From assembly GCA_963675665.1 (NCBI GenBank), contig OY776510.1:2752001-2816000 (forward strand): a stretch of DNA of 64,000 bases, given 5' to 3'. Of this stretch, positions 59,765 to 64,000 are shown piece by piece. This DNA comes from Spirochaetia bacterium. GTDB taxonomy: Bacteria > Spirochaetota > Spirochaetia > UBA9216. Both the position numbers and the translations under genes were made by a program. Within the stretch, counting starts at the first letter, position 1. Each line of letters starts with the position of its first letter. A model generated the notes under the pieces. It saw only the letters and a list, made by a program, of their open reading frames with translations. It did no database searches and was not told the origin of the DNA.

Positions 59765-60188
59765 TTAATTCTTTTTATTCATATTGGAGCAGTATACGGC
59801 AATTGAATCGCGCATAAATACTGCAAGCCCGGGCTTGATTTTATCTATATTTTCAGTAAAACGTTCATCTTCAGCGTACATCTGTCCAGGACCTTTTAAA
59901 ACATCAGGGCTGCAATCTCGCCGAGAACAGCATTGCCGCTTTCTGTAATACGGGTCCAGTCCGCGTCCGTATATTTTGATGTTTTTTTATACTCTCCGTC
60001 CATGCATCGGTTCCGGCATATTTGCTTTCGGCTTCGACTGCGTATTTCTTTTTGTGCGTTTCTATTTCCAAGTTGTCGAAGGCTTTAAATCTCTCACTGT
60101 TAGTTACTGGTTTTCCCTTCATCATTGACTGTATTTTTTTCCATGCCCGGATTATAGCCGCGGGAATACCAGGAATCCGCCATTTCAT
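59765..60188 (-). pseudogene. Decayed TipA/Mta (TipAS domain) gene remnant
   Basis: YAVEAESKYAGTDAWTES, then a frameshift in an A7 run, continuing as TSKYTDADW...GQMYAEDERFTENIDKIKPGLAVFMRDSI. HTH is missing. Confidence 0.72.
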
Positions 60189-60735
60189 CGGTTTTTAGAA
60201 ACATGGTAATTATAAGAGGGACTGAAGATATTTTTATTGTTCGGAAAGGGTTCTTCCCCGGTCTGAAGCAGCGGGAATACCCGGCTTCGCTTTGTTCGCT
60301 GATTGTCCTGAAAATTATGGGAAGCACAGCGATTGCCATAACGGAAAGCTCTGTAAGCCTTGTCTTCGGAAGATTTCTCCGCAGATTCGACAGTCTTGTG
60401 CTGGTGTAAAAAAGCAGCCCGCTGTAGGTCATGCCGAGCATTCGCATTGCAAGCGCGGCGCCTTCGGAAAAGAACCCGGATGTCAAATACCTGATTAAAC
60501 CCGTAACCAGGAAGAAGATGTAGATCTTCCATAATGCAACAAGCTGAAACTTTACCGCAGAAGGGGAAGACAGAAGCAGCGGAATCAGTACTGCAAACGG
60601 AATCCATAAAAATCCGAACGGCAGTAAAGCCAAAGCAATACAGAATATAAAAAGAAAAACCAGCTTGATTGCCGGGTTCAGTCTGTACAGAATTGACTTG
60701 CTGTGGATAAATTCAAAAAGGCAGACTTCTTTCAT
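60100..60735 (-). CDS. ECF transporter transmembrane T component (BioN-like)
   Basis: LYRLNPAIKL, TM helices, two SR-type motifs (YSRC, YSRG). Follows bioY and the ATPase gene. Confidence 0.85.
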   Translation of the reverse strand: MKEVCLFEFIHSKSILYRLNPAIKLVFLFIFCIALALLPFGFLWIPFAVLIPLLLSSPSAVKFQLVALWKIYIFFLVTGLIRYLTSGFFSEGAALAMRMLGMTYSGLLFYTSTRLSNLRRNLPKTRLTELSVMAIAVLPIIFRTISEQSEAGYSRCFRPGKNPFRTIKISSVPLIITMFLKTDEMADSWYSRGYNPGMEKNTVNDEGKTSN

Positions 60736-61505
60736 CTAAGCCAGCTCATTCTGTTTATTTCGCAGCCTGAAGGAATACGAAGTTCATGCTCTTTTGCGGT
60801 ATCGAGCAGTTTCCCGGGATCCCCGTCGGCAACAATGTTTCCGCCGGACAGAATAATAAGGCGATCCGCGTGCGCAAGAACCTTTTCCAGATCATGAGTT
60901 ATTACAATTACCGATGTGCCGTTTTTATGAACTTCAAGCATTTTTTTCAGAAGTATCTTTACGCCGCTGTAATCAAGGCCGGTGAACGGTTCATCAAATA
61001 CAATCAGTTCCGGATCCATCGCAATTATTCCCGCAATGGAAACCCTTTTTTTTTCACCTCCGGATAAACGGTGAGGCGAATGTTCCAGTATATGGCTGAT
61101 GTCCATTGCGGTTGCGGCAGCATTTACCGTTTCGGCAGTTTCAGTTCTGCCGTACCCGAGGTTTTCCGGACCGAATGCTATATCATCTCTGACGGTCTGG
61201 GCTACAATCTGCGTGTCGGGATTCTGGAACACAAAGCCTATCCTTCGCCGGGCGTTCCACGGATCTTTTTTTACATCGATCCCGCAAACCGATACTGTGC
61301 CCGAAGTGGGGGCAAGAATGCCGTTCAGGTGTTTCATCAGCACAGTTTTTCCGCTGCCGTTTTTCCCTGCAATTACTGTGAAGCTTTCCTTCTCTATCTC
61401 AAGATTGATGCCGTTAAGCGCGGTAGTTCCGTCGGGAAAGCGGTGGCAGAGATTTGAAATGCTGATTAATGGATTTTCGTCTGCCTGTTTCATATGATTT
61501 TGCAT
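60732..61505 (-). CDS. ECF transporter ATP-binding protein (BioM/CbiO-like)
   Basis: GKNGSGKT, FQNPD, FGPENLG, LSGGEKKR, FDEP. Confidence 0.92.
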   Translation of the reverse strand: MQNHMKQADENPLISISNLCHRFPDGTTALNGINLEIEKESFTVIAGKNGSGKTVLMKHLNGILAPTSGTVSVCGIDVKKDPWNARRRIGFVFQNPDTQIVAQTVRDDIAFGPENLGYGRTETAETVNAAATAMDISHILEHSPHRLSGGEKKRVSIAGIIAMDPELIVFDEPFTGLDYSGVKILLKKMLEVHKNGTSVIVITHDLEKVLAHADRLIILSGGNIVADGDPGKLLDTAKEHELRIPSGCEINRMSWLR

Positions 61506-62089
61506 TATTCTGTGCTTTCGGCCGCCCGATGTTTACGCCGGGGCAGCAGTTCTCCTGCCCTGCGGACGAGTATCTGCCTGATTATTACAGCCGACGCAGC
61601 TTTCAGCGCGTCTCCGGGTAAAAACGGCAGCATTCCTGCTGAAAAAGCACTGCTCCATTCAAGTCCAAGCCTCCACTTAAGCCATGGAACGCCTGCAGCG
61701 TACAGAATCAGGGTGGCAGCAGTAACGGCTGCAATATCGCGGGCGGATATCCGTCCGGACAGGACCCTGTCGGTATCGGCCGACAGCAGTCCGCAAACAA
61801 GGGCGGCCGGAATATAACCGATCAGAAAGCCCCCGGTAGGCCCGGCAAAGACGGCGGGCCCGCTGCCTCCGGCAAAAGCCGGCAGACCTGCCGTGCCTAT
61901 AAGCATGTAAACAACAACTGAGAGTACACCCCCGAAAGGGCCGGCAAGAAGAGCGCTCATAAGCAGGAAAAAAGTGGTAAGCGTTACAGGAACCGGTCCG
62001 ACAGGTATTCGGATAAAGGCTCCGGCCGCCATCAGTGCGGCGAACAATGCTATTATCAGATTTCTTTTAATTGCGTCTTTGGTATTCAT
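61505..62089 (-). CDS. bioY: Biotin transporter S component
   Basis: PVPVTL, GLPAFAGG, PTGGFLIG, PFLPGD.LK. Confidence 0.93.
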   Translation of the reverse strand: MNTKDAIKRNLIIALFAALMAAGAFIRIPVGPVPVTLTTFFLLMSALLAGPFGGVLSVVVYMLIGTAGLPAFAGGSGPAVFAGPTGGFLIGYIPAALVCGLLSADTDRVLSGRISARDIAAVTAATLILYAAGVPWLKWRLGLEWSSAFSAGMLPFLPGDALKAASAVIIRQILVRRAGELLPRRKHRAAESTE

Positions 62090-63035
62090 ATTTAATTATA
62101 TCTCCTGAATATACCGAAACAACAGCCTGACCGCGTACGTCAAGCCTGACCGAACCGTCCCGGTTTAAACCCGAAGCTGTTCCGTTAAGTATTGAATGGT
62201 CTGAAAATCTGACTTCAATTTTCTTTCCCATAAAGGTTAGGTTTTTCCCGCATTTGCTGATAAGAGAATCGACTTGCCACGGAATTAAACGATCGTATTG
62301 TTCTATTAACTCAATAATCCGGGCTGTAAGTTTCCGGACTGACAGTGTACAGCCTGCAAGTTCGCATATGCCGGCAGCACCGGCGGGAAGGAAGGTTTTT
62401 TCAGTATTGATGTTCAGCCCGACTCCTGCAGCAACTGAGGTGGTCATACCGTTTTTACCCCTGAACTCGGTAAGCACCCCTCCGACTTTTTTCCCGTTTG
62501 AACAGATTTCTGCAGGCCACTCAATTCCGGTTTCAATTCCTGACTGTTCACGGATTGCATCCAAAACAGCACAACAAACGGCAAGCGGATATAATCCGGA
62601 AAAAGCAGCGGGAAAGGGTATAGTCCGTATCCTGGTAAAATAAAGCCCGCCGTCGGGAGAGCTCCATCCGCGGTCGTATGAAGCCCTTCCCGCGGTCTGG
62701 GTTCCTGCTATTACGGTGGTACCGTCGGCACAGCCGGATTCGATCAGCACGGCTGCCCTGGCCATGGTGGAATCAAGTTCTGTGAAGTATTCAATCTCGG
62801 CTCCTGTACCCGCCATTTCCCACGGAAGCGGTATATCAGCAGATGATACAAGCCTGTAGCCTGATTTTGAAGATTCGATTATATAGCCTTTTTCATTGAG
62901 CCTGCTGATAATCTTCCATACGGCAACCCTTGAAACTCCTATTGCTTCTGCCATCCTTTCACCTGAAACCGTATCCGGTGCATTTTTGAGAATATTCAGT
63001 ACTTTCGTTATTTTAGCAGTACTATCGTTAACCAT
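62067..63035 (-). CDS. birA: Bifunctional biotin ligase/repressor
   Basis: SGERMAEAIGVSRVAVWK HTH, LDST, QTAGR, WSSP, GKKVGGVLTE, GVGLN. Start placed at MVNDS. Confidence 0.9.
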   Translation of the reverse strand: MVNDSTAKITKVLNILKNAPDTVSGERMAEAIGVSRVAVWKIISRLNEKGYIIESSKSGYRLVSSADIPLPWEMAGTGAEIEYFTELDSTMARAAVLIESGCADGTTVIAGTQTAGRASYDRGWSSPDGGLYFTRIRTIPFPAAFSGLYPLAVCCAVLDAIREQSGIETGIEWPAEICSNGKKVGGVLTEFRGKNGMTTSVAAGVGLNINTEKTFLPAGAAGICELAGCTLSVRKLTARIIELIEQYDRLIPWQVDSLISKCGKNLTFMGKKIEVRFSDHSILNGTASGLNRDGSVRLDVRGQAVVSVYSGDIIKYEYQRRN

Positions 63036-63074
63036 TGTAATACGGAGGTTAACGAAATGGACATACCGTGTCAA
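63025..63074 (-). promoter_or_regulatory. BirA operator overlapping promoter and start codon
   Basis: TCGTTAACC-N13-GGTTAACGA (63025-63055), i.e. GTTAAC-N15-GTTAAC. Promoter TTGACA-17-TAACCT at 63074-63046. Confidence 0.8.
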
Positions 63075-63106
63075 GCGGAGGTTGGAAAAGCTGCCTGCCT
63101 GCAGGT

Positions 63107-63649
63107 TTATTTAACTGAACAGATAAAGTCGGCAGCGGTGATGATGTCGTCCCGGTGAATCAGAATCCTGTGCTTTTTTTTCGTTGTTTTCCCATCCGCC
63201 GGGTTGGTTTCCGATAGCATTTCGATCAATTTATCATTAGCGCAGACAATAATATCAGCTTCGGATGCCGGATTTTTCATTTCTTCGGTAGAGGCAGCTT
63301 CGCCCGCAACCTCGATTCTTAATGCTCCATCCGCCTTGAACCCTTCGGCTATTATGAAGTCGGCTCCGGGGAAAATAGCCGGCAGCTCATCTCCCGACTC
63401 GATTCTGCGGTGAAAAAAAAGCGTCATTGAGTTGTCCGCATTAAGGCAGACCGATTCGGCCCCGGCATCAAAAAAACGTTTGCTGTCGCTGCCGGGCTTG
63501 TCCGTCTGAAGACTGCGGTGCGAGTTTTTGGCTGCAGCGGTTTTAAATCCCCGGCCGGCAAGCTCGGCGATCAGTTTCTCGCAGAAGGTCGTTTTCCCGC
63601 TGCCCGACCAGCCGGTGACGGAAATAATCAATGGGCTGTTGTTTTTCAT
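63107..63649 (-). CDS. mobB: Molybdopterin-guanine dinucleotide biosynthesis protein B-like
   Basis: GWSGSGKTT, DKPGSDS.RF..AGA, IIAEGFK. Confidence 0.82.
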   Translation of the reverse strand: MKNNSPLIISVTGWSGSGKTTFCEKLIAELAGRGFKTAAAKNSHRSLQTDKPGSDSKRFFDAGAESVCLNADNSMTLFFHRRIESGDELPAIFPGADFIIAEGFKADGALRIEVAGEAASTEEMKNPASEADIIVCANDKLIEMLSETNPADGKTTKKKHRILIHRDDIITAADFICSVK

Positions 63650-63671
63650 GATTAAATTATATTATCAGCTT

Positions 63672-64000
63672 ATGGCTTTAGTAAAGATTATTACAGGTGA
63701 AAATGATTCGGGAAAAACAACAACAGCGGAAAAAATCATAGCTGAATGCAGAGCTTCGGGGCAGCGCGCCGCCGGTTTTATTTCCGAAGCAGAATATATT
63801 GAAGGTAAAAAGGACGCATATTTTATACGCGATATTACAACCGGGCGGCGGGTTGCGGCCGTCAGTGCGGTTAATCCCGGCAACAGCGGCTGGCGAAAAT
63901 ATGATTTCAGCAGGTTCTGGTTTTCTGATCAGGCCTTCGCGTTTTCTGCGGAGATAATAAAAGGAATAATCAGTGATTGTAAATCCGGCGCAGGGCCTGA
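63672..64000 (+). CDS. P-loop NTPase (THEP1/NTPase_1-like), partial
   Basis: MALVKIITGENDSGKTT...AAGFISE. Frame stays open to the window edge. Confidence 0.65.
   Translation, partial: MALVKIITGENDSGKTTTAEKIIAECRASGQRAAGFISEAEYIEGKKDAYFIRDITTGRRVAAVSAVNPGNSGWRKYDFSRFWFSDQAFAFSAEIIKGIISDCKSGAGP

Noticed and set aside
1-64000. tRNA, rRNA, CRISPR array or prophage
   Set aside because: None recognised by eye. tRNAscan-SE, Infernal and CRISPR finders were not run.

Overview
A 64-kb chromosomal window from an anaerobic bacterium. The gene content (bS22-like peptide, eukaryote-type hexokinase, orphan SpsE/NeuB, hcp, class III RNR) suggests a free-living Spirochaetia, but this is inference. Most of it is housekeeping and metabolism: a polar amino-acid ABC transporter, pyk, leuB, proS, serS, pncB, aroCK, ftsH, a birA-bioY-ECF operon, hcp, and c-di-GMP/cAMP signalling genes. 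No rRNA, tRNA or CRISPR array was seen. Two things stand out. (1) A ~1.38-kb IS110-family element sits exactly at the Shine-Dalgarno sequence of a PTS IIB gene. It has an 11-bp repeat at both junctions, 10-bp subterminal inverted repeats and a promoter that forms only on circularisation. Its ~190-nt upstream structured RNA has two near-identical hairpin modules, each carrying UAGGAG that matches the junction, as expected for a bridge/seek RNA that may target ribosome-binding sites. (2) The class III ribonucleotide reductase is split: the glycyl-radical segment is a separate 176-aa protein fused to a CPNC redoxin domain. Several small ORFs missing from the ORF track, operator sites (NrdR, BirA, HcpR-type, TetR, MerR-type) and two gene remnants were also found.
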